41,654 nucleotides of DNA from an uncultured Thermoplasmata archaeon (lineage in GTDB: Archaea > Thermoplasmatota > Thermoplasmata > JAJSAE01). Of the stretch, positions 1-8,657 are shown piece after piece. Each line of letters starts with the position of its first letter. The first letter of the stretch is position 1. The stretch covers positions 1 to 41,654 of the forward strand of contig CAZKII010000003.1 of assembly GCA_964552865.1 (NCBI GenBank), written 5' to 3'. The notes beneath the pieces are model-generated. The model was not told where the DNA came from. It saw nothing but the letters and a program-made list of their open reading frames with translations, and ran no database searches. The translations under genes were made by a program, and so were the position numbers.

Positions 1-73
1 GACCATGTGCCACGCATGTGGGGCGTGTGACCTACAGCCGTCCATCGATTTTTAGCGCGCTTCCAACCAAAAC

Positions 74-82
74 TTTAAATAG
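74..82 (+). promoter_or_regulatory. Candidate archaeal TATA box upstream of the first surface-protein gene
   Basis: CTTTAAATA preceded by an A-rich BRE-like AACCAAAA. It would place a TSS near 104, upstream of GTG 112 and of the SD-preceded ATG 163. Confidence 0.35.
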
Positions 83-162
83 GCCGAGAATGTTTTAACG
101 ACATTCGAAGGGTGCTTCGATGGAGAAATAGAAAACTATTGACAGTTGAAGGAGTGAAGGAT

Positions 163-3100
163 ATGAATGAAAAAGGTAATAAAAATAGATTGATGAGTAG
201 AGCGGTTATTTTTGTCATCGTGCTTATGTTTCTGGTGCCTGCTGGCTCCATAATCAGTAGTACTATTGATGGAAATAGCATTGATCGGGCCGTGAGTTCT
301 TCCGGGTCGGACAGCGAAATAAACACCGTGGTCATACAGCCGGATGCCACCACTGGAAAGGACACATTCATAGCCTCGGATGCGGCAACATTACATTTTG
401 AGAATCAAAATTTCTTTGCCGTCGGAATGAATACGGGTGGCGAGCCGAGAGGTCTTATACAATTCTCTCCTGATTTTTCCGAGGGTGAGATATCCGTTGC
501 AACGCTTTCGCTCTACTGCACTGGGATAGTAAACGATCCTCAGGGCATAAACATGAGTGCCCACATATTGACCGCCTCATGGGACCAGCACGGAGTTCTA
601 TGGAACAACAGGACGAACGATACCCTGTGGGGCGCACCGGGCGGTGACTATCTGACCACCATCGTTTCGTATGTGTCCGTTTCTCAGGCTAACAGCTGGT
701 TCACCCTCAACATAACCGATGTTGTCAGGGGATGGAAGAACGGGAGCATACCGAACTACGGCCTCATCCTTACGGGTGTGCCTTTGAATTCATCTGCTAG
801 TGCCAGCTATGTTATGCTCGCTTCCAGCGAGGCTGGCAATCCGGGTATTCGGCCGAAGCTGACGATAACATACGGGGCGGAGATTGAACCGACCGTGCCC
901 CCCCAGGCCACGAACGAGGACACGCCCATAAGCATAGACCTTTCTGGAAGAGGACACGGGACGGTGGAGCATGTATCTGCTGTGGCAGATGCAGGCGACA
1001 ACATAATACCATTTCGGGGTGAGGCAGGCTATAACGAATGCCGTTATCAGGCCCTCTACACATCTGAAGAGGTGGGTGCAGAGGGAAAGGTCGTAAGGAT
1101 ATCTGTGAACAGGAGTCTGACATGGGGGGATTTCTCCGGCAACTTCAGCAATGTGGTCATAAGGATGGCACACACGGACCTTGACAGCCTCACAGACACC
1201 TTTGATGATAATTACAACGGATTTCTCATTGAGGTGTTTAAGGCCAATAACCTGGTGATGAATTCCTCGGACGACAACACATGGTTCTCATTCGACCTCA
1301 ATGGGAATTTCACATATGATTCCGCACACAACCTTCTTATCGATATTCAGTGGAAAGGAGACGGCGGATTGTCCATCGGCCTTCAATCACACGACAGCGG
1401 CTCGGCTTTGAGGAGGCTCTGGAACCAGACGGATATGACCTCTCCAACAGGAGACACGGATGCAGGATATCCCGTGCACTCCGTACCCGTGATGAAGTTC
1501 TCCGTGGATGCGGTTAAAAATGCTGCCTTTGACAATTCGATTTATGGATTAGGATATGTTTATCCCTTCAATCCGGATTCCCTCTCATCTTTGCGCATGC
1601 AGACCATGTGGAACCGGACAGAGATTGGAGAATCCTCGGGGACCATAAATAAGATATATTTTCAGCGCACAAAGGCATTTTCATCACCGGATGAGGACTG
1701 GGTTGTAGTAGAGAACTTCAGCATACGATTGGCTCACTCAAATAACGAGTCTCTTGGAACTGTTTTCGAGGACAACCACATGGACCCATGGGTGGAGGTA
1801 TTCAACAGGAGTTCTTATAATGTTTCAGTGTCTGGAAAGCCAGAATGGATAGGATTCGTTCTGGACAGACCATTTGTTTATAATGGCAACGATAACATTG
1901 TCATGGACATACGCAGGACTGGAGGGCATGGAGATACTCTCTATCTCTCCACGAATCCTGTAGGGCCGCACGGCTCTTTCTGCGTTGCCTCAAGCGCAAG
2001 TTCGCAGAGTTCGTCTTCGGTATCCAATTACACTCCCGTGATAAGATTTGAATTTGCAAACACCCCTGCCCTCACATGGTCGGCGGTTAGTTCCAATACC
2101 AGCCTCTTTACCGCGAGCGTCTCCAACAACATGCTTCAGATAACTCCGGCAGCTGATGCGTACGGCAGCGGAACCGTGGAGTTGACCCTTCATAACGGCC
2201 CCTATTCCACCACCCAGACCATACCTGTCACAGTGAATCCGGTGAACGACGCGCCTGCCATATCCCCCATCTCTGCCGTGACATGCACCGAGGACATCCC
2301 TTACGAGCTGGATGTGGCCCCCTATCTTTCCGATGTTGACAACGATATAACGGAGCTGGTGATCAGTGCAGATTCTCCCTATGCAAGCGTCAACGGGACA
2401 ATGGTAACCCTTCTTTACCCGGAGGGAGTTTCCAGAGATAGCGTAAACATAACCGCAGAGGACCCGGCCGGCCTATCCGCCATGGTAGAGGTACAGGTAA
2501 CCGTTTCCCCTGTGAACGACGCTCCGTCCTTCCAGAACTTTGCCGATACCCTTACATGCGATGCAACCGTTTCGAAGGTATACACACTGAGTCCGGTGGA
2601 CGAGGAGACTGCTGACGGGAACTTCACCGTATTCACGGATTCAAGCTATGCCACTGTGAACGGCGACACCATAACATTCCTTTATCCGAAGGGAGTGGGC
2701 CACCAGACCGTACACATATACCTGCTCGACGAGGATACATACGGCACGAGGAACAATGTCTCCTACACGCTGAATGTAACCGTGATAGACCATCCCGAGG
2801 TCGTCAACCTCTCTTCTGCCGGAAATCACATAACCGTTCGGTTCGACATGGACATGGATATGGCCTCGGCGGAATCGTCGTTCATCATGGAAAAGAGCGG
2901 CTCGAGCGTGAGCGGCGTGTTTGTCTGGGACGATGCCAGGACCTTTACCTTCACGCCTTCTGTAGTGCTGAACGGAACCTATGACATGACCATCGCAGGT
3001 GCCCGAGCTACGAACGGTGCGGCCATGCTTTCTCCCTATGTGGGCAACTACACCGCCCCTGCGGACCTTGACAGCGACGGGGACGGAATGCCCGATTCAT

Positions 3101-3675
3101 GGGAGGTTGCAAACGGCTTCAATCCCCTCAACTCCTCGGATGCGGCCACCGATGCGGATCACGACGGCCTTTCCAATTTCCTTGAGTTCAAAGAGGGAAC
3201 CCAGCCGAACAACAACGATACGGACGGAGACGGCATTGTGGATGGCTTCGATGCTGCGCCTCTCACTCCCAGCGAAGATACCGGCGGCAGTTCCGCGGCT
3301 TCCACCGCTTTCGACCCGATGATGATTCTCGTAATCGTGCTTCTGGTGGTCGTTGTCATTCTGGCAGTAATGCTGGCGAGGAAGAAGCCCGCGGCACCTT
3401 CCGGCGTTCCTCCAGTTGCTCCGGAATCTCAGGGATATGTGCCGCCCGCACAGGTCGAGGCACCGGTCCCCGAGGAGCAGGCCCCACAGCAGCCGGTCTC
3501 ATATGAGGCTCCGCAGGAGCCTGTGCAGTCTCAGGTCGAATCCGCCCCGGCAGAGTCTCCGGTCGAAGAGACTGGCGGTAGTGTTTCGGACTCCCAGCCG
3601 GATGGGGGAACGGATACGGGTCCTGCAGAGGAAGCGGATGAGCCCGGAGAGGTTCTGGACCTCACCGAGTTCTGA
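163..3675 (+). CDS. Large type-I membrane-anchored surface protein (DNRLRE domain, cadherin-like VNDAP repeats, SbsA-type Ig domain, thrombospondin type-3 Ca-binding repeats, C-terminal TM helix and acidic Pro/Glu-rich tail)
   Basis: ORF 112..3675. ATG 163 is preceded by GGAGTGAAGG (151-160) and followed by a hydrophobic signal/anchor RAVIFVIVLMFLVPAGS. DNRLRE-like block: TGKDTFI...RGLIQFS...LSLYC...ASWDQHGVLWNNRT. Two NPVNDAP/SPVNDAP repeats, DSDGDGMPD / DADHDGLSN / DTDGDGIVD repeats, and a TM helix MMILVIVLLVVVVILAVMLA at 3319-3381. A GTG 112 start cannot be excluded. Confidence 0.8.
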   Translation: MNEKGNKNRLMSRAVIFVIVLMFLVPAGSIISSTIDGNSIDRAVSSSGSDSEINTVVIQPDATTGKDTFIASDAATLHFENQNFFAVGMNTGGEPRGLIQFSPDFSEGEISVATLSLYCTGIVNDPQGINMSAHILTASWDQHGVLWNNRTNDTLWGAPGGDYLTTIVSYVSVSQANSWFTLNITDVVRGWKNGSIPNYGLILTGVPLNSSASASYVMLASSEAGNPGIRPKLTITYGAEIEPTVPPQATNEDTPISIDLSGRGHGTVEHVSAVADAGDNIIPFRGEAGYNECRYQALYTSEEVGAEGKVVRISVNRSLTWGDFSGNFSNVVIRMAHTDLDSLTDTFDDNYNGFLIEVFKANNLVMNSSDDNTWFSFDLNGNFTYDSAHNLLIDIQWKGDGGLSIGLQSHDSGSALRRLWNQTDMTSPTGDTDAGYPVHSVPVMKFSVDAVKNAAFDNSIYGLGYVYPFNPDSLSSLRMQTMWNRTEIGESSGTINKIYFQRTKAFSSPDEDWVVVENFSIRLAHSNNESLGTVFEDNHMDPWVEVFNRSSYNVSVSGKPEWIGFVLDRPFVYNGNDNIVMDIRRTGGHGDTLYLSTNPVGPHGSFCVASSASSQSSSSVSNYTPVIRFEFANTPALTWSAVSSNTSLFTASVSNNMLQITPAADAYGSGTVELTLHNGPYSTTQTIPVTVNPVNDAPAISPISAVTCTEDIPYELDVAPYLSDVDNDITELVISADSPYASVNGTMVTLLYPEGVSRDSVNITAEDPAGLSAMVEVQVTVSPVNDAPSFQNFADTLTCDATVSKVYTLSPVDEETADGNFTVFTDSSYATVNGDTITFLYPKGVGHQTVHIYLLDEDTYGTRNNVSYTLNVTVIDHPEVVNLSSAGNHITVRFDMDMDMASAESSFIMEKSGSSVSGVFVWDDARTFTFTPSVVLNGTYDMTIAGARATNGAAMLSPYVGNYTAPADLDSDGDGMPDSWEVANGFNPLNSSDAATDADHDGLSNFLEFKEGTQPNNNDTDGDGIVDGFDAAPLTPSEDTGGSSAASTAFDPMMILVIVLLVVVVILAVMLARKKPAAPSGVPPVAPESQGYVPPAQVEAPVPEEQAPQQPVSYEAPQEPVQSQVESAPAESPVEETGGSVSDSQPDGGTDTGPAEEADEPGEVLDLTEF

Positions 3676-3683
3676 ACAAAACC

Positions 3684-3707
3684 TTTTTTTTCTCTATTTT
3701 TCTTTCT
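3684..3707 (+). terminator. Oligo-T archaeal terminator tract
   Basis: TTTTTTTTCTCTATTTTTCTTTCT begins 9 nt after the TGA at 3673-3675. Confidence 0.45.
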
Positions 3708-3728
3708 CATATTTCTCTGAAACGCCAT

Positions 3729-3737
3729 GATTAAATA
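3729..3737 (+). promoter_or_regulatory. TATA box for a leaderless acdA transcript
   Basis: ATTAAATAG is centred about 26 nt upstream of ATG 3760. No SD-like sequence lies in between. Confidence 0.45.
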
Positions 3738-3759
3738 GGAGCGTTCTATTCCTTCGGTC

Positions 3760-5163
3760 ATGTCAGGCCATAATCTCGAATCGATGTTTTCGCCGCGTTC
3801 GATAGCGGTCATAGGTGCGGCCAGAGAGCACATGAAGATGGGGAACGCAACTCTGCTCAATGTTCTCGTTCACGGTTTTGAAGGGAAGATCTATCCTATT
3901 AATCCGAAAGCGGACACGATAATGGGGCTCAAATGCTACCCATCCGTACTGGATGTCCCCGATGAAATAGACCTCGCCATAATAGTCATTCCCGCCAAAT
4001 ATGTCCCGGGCGTCATGGAGGACTGTGCGAAGAAGGGGATAAAGAGCGTTATAATCATCAGCGCCGGATTCGGGGAGATCGGAGGCGAGGGAAAGGTTCT
4101 GGAGGACAAGGTGCTGGAGATCGCCAGAAGGAGCGGGATAAGGGTTATTGGGCCGAACACCATGGGATATAAGAGCCCGGTGGACAATCTGGATGCCAGC
4201 TTCGTCTTCGGAATGGCCTATCCGGGCGATATCGCCCTTGCGAGCCAGAGCGGTGCCCTTGCCATCGGTATGATCGCCCATGCGAACATGGAGATGATCG
4301 GCCTATCCAGAATCATAAGCGTGGGGAACAAGATAGATGTGGACGATGCGGAGCTCATAGAGTATCTGGACAGCGACGACAAGACCAAGGTCATAACCAT
4401 GTACATCGAGGGGATAAAGGACGGGCGCAGGTTCTTCGAGGCCGCGAAGAAATCCAGCAAGCCCATAGTGGTCATAAAGTCTGGCCGAACGAAGGCAGGG
4501 GCCGCGGCGGCTAAGACGCACACCGGCTCCCTCAGCGGCTCCGATGTGGTCTATAACTCCATATTCCGTCAGGCAGGGATTCACAGGGCCAGAGATGCCA
4601 CGCAGCTGTTCGACTTCGCCAGAGCGCTCGCAAACCTCCCGCTTCCGAAGGGAAGGAACGTGGGCATAGTCACCAACGGTGGCGGTGCCGGAATTCTCAT
4701 GAGCGATTTCTGCGAGATGAAGGGGCTGAACATAGTCCAGCCCTCCGAGGAAACAAAGGTAAAATTGAGGGAGATTCTTCCCAGCATATCCGTCCCGAGG
4801 AACCCCGTGGATGTCATAGGGGACGCAGGCTTTTTCAGGTATTATGCCAGCGCGAAGGCCCTTCTGGAGGATCCGGATGTGGACGGCGTCATCGTCATCT
4901 CGGTTCACGGCGGATATGCACGACCGAGGGAGTTCGTAGGCGCGATATTGAAGTTATATGAGGATATGAAGGAGGGAGCGGTACCGGAAAAGCCGGTCAT
5001 AGTCTGCTGGGTCGGAGGTAAGGAGTACAGCGATGTGGTGTTCGACCTGAAGATAAAAGGCATTCCGGCCTATCCCACGACGGAAAGGGCGGCTGCCGCC
5101 ATGAATGTGCTTGTGGAGGAGCACGAGAGGAGGGAGAGGATGAGGGGGCCTGAGTCTTCATGA
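3760..5163 (+). CDS. acdA: Acetate--CoA ligase (ADP-forming) alpha subunit / CoA-binding succinyl-CoA-synthetase-like protein
   Basis: N-terminal CoA-binding motif PRSIAVIGAA, then IISAGFGE, GPNTMG, SQSGAL, ITMYIEG and KSGRT..AA..HTGSL blocks. Its 467 aa fits the ACD alpha size. An alternative start is ATG 3784. Confidence 0.8.
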   Translation: MSGHNLESMFSPRSIAVIGAAREHMKMGNATLLNVLVHGFEGKIYPINPKADTIMGLKCYPSVLDVPDEIDLAIIVIPAKYVPGVMEDCAKKGIKSVIIISAGFGEIGGEGKVLEDKVLEIARRSGIRVIGPNTMGYKSPVDNLDASFVFGMAYPGDIALASQSGALAIGMIAHANMEMIGLSRIISVGNKIDVDDAELIEYLDSDDKTKVITMYIEGIKDGRRFFEAAKKSSKPIVVIKSGRTKAGAAAAKTHTGSLSGSDVVYNSIFRQAGIHRARDATQLFDFARALANLPLPKGRNVGIVTNGGGAGILMSDFCEMKGLNIVQPSEETKVKLREILPSISVPRNPVDVIGDAGFFRYYASAKALLEDPDVDGVIVISVHGGYARPREFVGAILKLYEDMKEGAVPEKPVIVCWVGGKEYSDVVFDLKIKGIPAYPTTERAAAAMNVLVEEHERRERMRGPESS

Positions 5164-6125
5164 AAGAAACGGTTCTGATAACAGGGGCTGCCGGTTTCAT
5201 CGGTTCCAACATCGCCGATTATCTCCGTAAAAGCGGTGAGTACCGCCTTATTCTACTGGATGATCTGAGCAATGGACGCATGGAGAATATCGCTCATCTA
5301 CTATCTTCTGGCGCTTCTTCAGAGGATGTCCTGTTTGTGAAGGGGAGTATTAATGATTACGAGCTTTTGAAGGCCGTGCTTGTGGATGAGGGTGTTGATT
5401 ATGTCCTCCATCATGCGGCCGTCGCCAGCGTTCCGGCGAGTATAGCAGACCCCAAGCATTCCTTGGAGGTAAATATAGACGGGACGCTGACTCTCTTTAT
5501 GGCTGCACGGGACAGTGGGGTTAAGAAGGTGGTTTATGCCTCTTCCTCTGCCTATTACGGGGAGAAGAACGAGTCTCCTCTGGTCGAGACTATGCCTCCA
5601 GACCCTCTTTCACCCTATGCATCTTCCAAGGTTATGAACGAGTTCCTTGGTCGTCATTTCAATGAACTCTATGGTATGCCAACGGTGGGACTTCGTTATT
5701 TCAATGTTTATGGACCTAGGCAAGACCCGAATTCTCAGTATGCTGCTGTCATTCCAAAGTTTATAGATAGGTGCAGGAAAGGTCTGCCGCCTGTCATTTT
5801 CGGGGACGGAGAGCAGACCCGGGATTTTGTTTATGTGAAAGATGTGGCCCTAGCAAATTATCGTATATTGAAGACTGCAGGGGCTGATGGTAGAGTTATA
5901 AACATCGGGACGGGTGATGGCATTACTGTGAATAGAATTGCTAAGATCATAATTGAGATGACTGGTTCTGCGTTAAAGCCAGAATACGCGCCGGAACGCC
6001 CGGGGGATATTAGGCACAGCGTGGCATCCATTGACCTCGCCAGAACTCTTCTGGGTTTTTCCCCAAGGTATGACCTCAGAACCGGCCTGAAGGAGCTGAT
6101 AGCCCCTATCTCAGATAATCCATGA
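5160..6125 (+). CDS. SDR-family NAD-dependent sugar epimerase, WbpP/TviC-like (UDP-GlcNAc 4-epimerase type)
   Basis: TGAAGFIGSN Rossmann motif, catalytic YASSK (YxxxK), and the LRYFNVYGPRQDPNSQYAAVIPKF block typical of WbpP/TviC-type enzymes. ATGA start/stop overlap with acdA. Confidence 0.8.
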   Translation: MKETVLITGAAGFIGSNIADYLRKSGEYRLILLDDLSNGRMENIAHLLSSGASSEDVLFVKGSINDYELLKAVLVDEGVDYVLHHAAVASVPASIADPKHSLEVNIDGTLTLFMAARDSGVKKVVYASSSAYYGEKNESPLVETMPPDPLSPYASSKVMNEFLGRHFNELYGMPTVGLRYFNVYGPRQDPNSQYAAVIPKFIDRCRKGLPPVIFGDGEQTRDFVYVKDVALANYRILKTAGADGRVINIGTGDGITVNRIAKIIIEMTGSALKPEYAPERPGDIRHSVASIDLARTLLGFSPRYDLRTGLKELIAPISDNP

Positions 6126-7581
6126 TGGTATCCACTACCGCCTCTGTCGCCCTCCCTGCATTGGCACAGCGTTCTTTCATGAAGTGTTCCCTTTTCCGTT
6201 GAAAATCCTCTTTAGCGCTGTTCTTCTCTATCTCTTTCAGAAGGCGAGGAATGTCTCCTTCCGTTTCTATTATGTGGTTGAATCCGTAGTCAGTGTAGGT
6301 CTCCAGAGAATGACTCTTCACCAGATTGAGCAGAAGGATGGGCTTTTCCATACATATGGCCTCTATTCCAACTGTGGAGTTCTTCAGGAGCACTGCTTCG
6401 GCGATAAATATAAGCTCGTACAGGTTGGAGCTGGAGTCTAGTATGCTTGCGACATTACCGTATTTTTCATTCATTTCATTATAGAGAGGAGAGCTCTGAT
6501 CCTCTCCCTGATGAAGTTTTATTATCAGGTGGAAGTCCTGGAGCTTTGAAAATGCGGAGAACACCGCTTCTGCATTCAATCTATTTTCTCCGCTTTCGCT
6601 CATAAGACGGTCGTGAGTCTGTGTTGTCCATAATATGTATTTTTTTCCAGGCGGAATGCCGTATCTCTCTATGATCTTCTCTTTATCCATTGATTTCATG
6701 CTCTGGAAGATCGCATCGTATCTTGGCGCTCCTGTAATCTTTACACTTTCCGGTGGATAGGAGCCGTTTGTGATTAGAAGCCTTTTTTCGTATTCACCAT
6801 ATACGCAGGTGATATCGGGGAGTACATAGTTTGTCAGATCTCCTTCTCTGGCTATGTTCTCCTTTATGTGGTAATATCCTGGGTGTTCTTTGTGTATGAT
6901 GCCGTGCTGCACAGCGATGATTTTTATACCCATCTTCCTTGCAACCGCCATTGCGGGGTAATGCAGGGTGCCGTATTCGTCGTATATCAGAAGCGCTTTT
7001 GGTTTTTTTCTCTCAAACATCTGAAGGTATGCATGTAGTGCTGCCTTTGCCTCCCAGGATGTCATTCTGAAAACCAATCCCGCTTCTTTTGCCTCTTTTC
7101 CCTTTTCCCTGCGATGTGCTAGGGGGTTTATGGGGATCACGGCAGCAGAAATATCTTCGATAACCGGCCGGAACTCTTTTATTTTATTGCTAGGGGTGGG
7201 GGGAAATAGTCTTCTGACTCGAATTTCTTTTTTTTCAAGTTCATCCAGAATTTCCTGTATTACAAAGTTCTTGTATTTGCTGTCCCTTTGGAGCATAGAG
7301 GCAAAGTCTTCAAGCGTTATTATGTCGTATTCCGCCTCATCAGAAAAGAATGTTTCAGCGTTTTTCCTGTAGTGCCAGTACTTTATTAAAACGGAGACGA
7401 ACTTCTCTCCTTTCTTCCGTATTGTTGGGCGTGTGCTTCTCAATTCCATGTATGGCACCCTCAGAGCCCACCACAGAGAGATCCCCTCATGAATCATCCT
7501 GTATTTCATCTGCTTTCCGATTTCTTCCATCTCCTCCAGGAGTTCTTTTTTCAAGCTCTCACCTATTCCAGCATATCCCAT
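6106..7581 (-). CDS. Uncharacterised GT-B-like / capsule-teichoic-type transferase-like protein (candidate glycan or nonulosonic-acid transferase)
   Basis: 491-aa ORF, last gene of the minus-strand glycan operon, with a 19-nt overlap with the neuB-family gene. The C-terminal half has Rossmann-like blocks (KIIAVQHGIIH, KYILWTTQTHD, HLIIKLHQGED, NSTVGIEAICMEKPILLL) reminiscent of TagF/KpsS-type transferases. About 200 aa at the N-terminus have no motif I recognise. Confidence 0.45.
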   Translation of the reverse strand: MGYAGIGESLKKELLEEMEEIGKQMKYRMIHEGISLWWALRVPYMELRSTRPTIRKKGEKFVSVLIKYWHYRKNAETFFSDEAEYDIITLEDFASMLQRDSKYKNFVIQEILDELEKKEIRVRRLFPPTPSNKIKEFRPVIEDISAAVIPINPLAHRREKGKEAKEAGLVFRMTSWEAKAALHAYLQMFERKKPKALLIYDEYGTLHYPAMAVARKMGIKIIAVQHGIIHKEHPGYYHIKENIAREGDLTNYVLPDITCVYGEYEKRLLITNGSYPPESVKITGAPRYDAIFQSMKSMDKEKIIERYGIPPGKKYILWTTQTHDRLMSESGENRLNAEAVFSAFSKLQDFHLIIKLHQGEDQSSPLYNEMNEKYGNVASILDSSSNLYELIFIAEAVLLKNSTVGIEAICMEKPILLLNLVKSHSLETYTDYGFNHIIETEGDIPRLLKEIEKNSAKEDFQRKREHFMKERCANAGRATEAVVDTIMDYLR

Positions 7582-8645
7582 GTTATTATTTCGTCTTCAG
7601 GAATGTCCCGTGCACATCGCCTGCCCACGACTTTGTCTATCTCTCTGGGGGAAATCCCAGTGCCTGGCCGCTTGAATGTCAGCATATCCGCCCTGATCAA
7701 CTCTCCTTTTACTATGGCTCTCTTGGAAACGAGGCTCCTTCTCGCCTGAAGGCGGGACTTCTTCTCACATTCAACCACATCTTTTTTGGAGTTATTCCCT
7801 AAAATCGTTCTTATAAACTCCATGTTATTTCTCAGAATTGCCAGATCTTTTGGATCCATGGCGTGATAGTGGTCGTTTCCCGGTAGAGTTTTATCAAGGG
7901 TGAAGTGTTTCTCTATTATCCTTGCTCCAAGGAGATAGGCGGTAGTAAGAATGCTCATTCCCTCAGAAGGAAGTGTGTGGTCCGAGTATCCTATGATATT
8001 TTCCGGAAACTCCTCCGAAAGCGAGTTTATCATGGCAAGGTTGGCATATTCATTTGGTGTCGGATAGCAGAGGACGCAGTGTAGGAGAGCCACATCAATG
8101 TCCGAAATCTCTGTAATCCATGATACGGCTTCTCTGATCTCCTCTATGTTCGAGGCTCCCGTGGAGAGAATCATGGGCTTTTTTTTCTCCGCGATATGCT
8201 CCAGAAACGGCCTGTTAGTGATATCCGCCGATGCGACTTTGAAAGCAGGCATGAGGCCGTCCAGATAGTCCGCACTTTCCATATCAAACGGTGTGGAGAG
8301 AAATGTAATTCCCATCTTTTTCGAGTATCGAGCCAGCTCCCTGTATTCGTCCTCTCCGAACCTGTCGTATTTTTTGAATAACTCGTACTGAGAGCGAGTT
8401 TTTTCCTTGGTAGTGTCCCAGTACGCGGGAGAGTTCCTTGAGGATAGTTTCTCCGCTTTGTAGCTCTGGAATTTTATGGCGTCTGCACCTCCTTTGGCGG
8501 CCTGTTCCACCATCTCTCGAGCTGCTTCCATGAGAGGGATTTTCTTGCTCTCAGCGATTTCATAGTAGTTAACACCTGCTTCTGCGATAATGTACGGATC
8601 CGTTTTTTCAGTAATGGACCTATTCTCAATCTTTATGCTCCTCAT
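7563..8645 (-). CDS. neuB: NeuB-family nonulosonic acid synthase (N-acetylneuraminate / pseudaminate / legionaminate synthase) with C-terminal SAF domain
   Basis: PYIIAEAGVNY, DAIKFQSYK, LSTPFD, FKVASADITN, MILSTGAS, LLHCV..YPTP, GYSDHT and IEKHFTLDK blocks. SAF domain: ARRSLV..I.KGE.I....L..KRPGTGISP. Substrate specificity cannot be read from the sequence. Confidence 0.85.
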   Translation of the reverse strand: MRSIKIENRSITEKTDPYIIAEAGVNYYEIAESKKIPLMEAAREMVEQAAKGGADAIKFQSYKAEKLSSRNSPAYWDTTKEKTRSQYELFKKYDRFGEDEYRELARYSKKMGITFLSTPFDMESADYLDGLMPAFKVASADITNRPFLEHIAEKKKPMILSTGASNIEEIREAVSWITEISDIDVALLHCVLCYPTPNEYANLAMINSLSEEFPENIIGYSDHTLPSEGMSILTTAYLLGARIIEKHFTLDKTLPGNDHYHAMDPKDLAILRNNMEFIRTILGNNSKKDVVECEKKSRLQARRSLVSKRAIVKGELIRADMLTFKRPGTGISPREIDKVVGRRCARDIPEDEIITWDMLE

Positions 8646-8657
8646 TCTTTCACCTCC

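Noticed and set aside
75-371. 98-aa minus-strand ORF at the window start, and alternative-frame ORFs 2999..3322, 3416..3730 and 3531..3860
   Set aside because: They overlap the large surface-protein gene or its terminator region out of frame or antisense. Their products are low-complexity Arg/Ser/Pro sequence with no start signals.
3319-3675. PGF-CTERM / archaeosortase sorting signal on the first surface protein
   Set aside because: There is no PGF tripeptide before the helix, and about 97 residues follow the TM segment. Sortase-type signals end a few basic residues after it.
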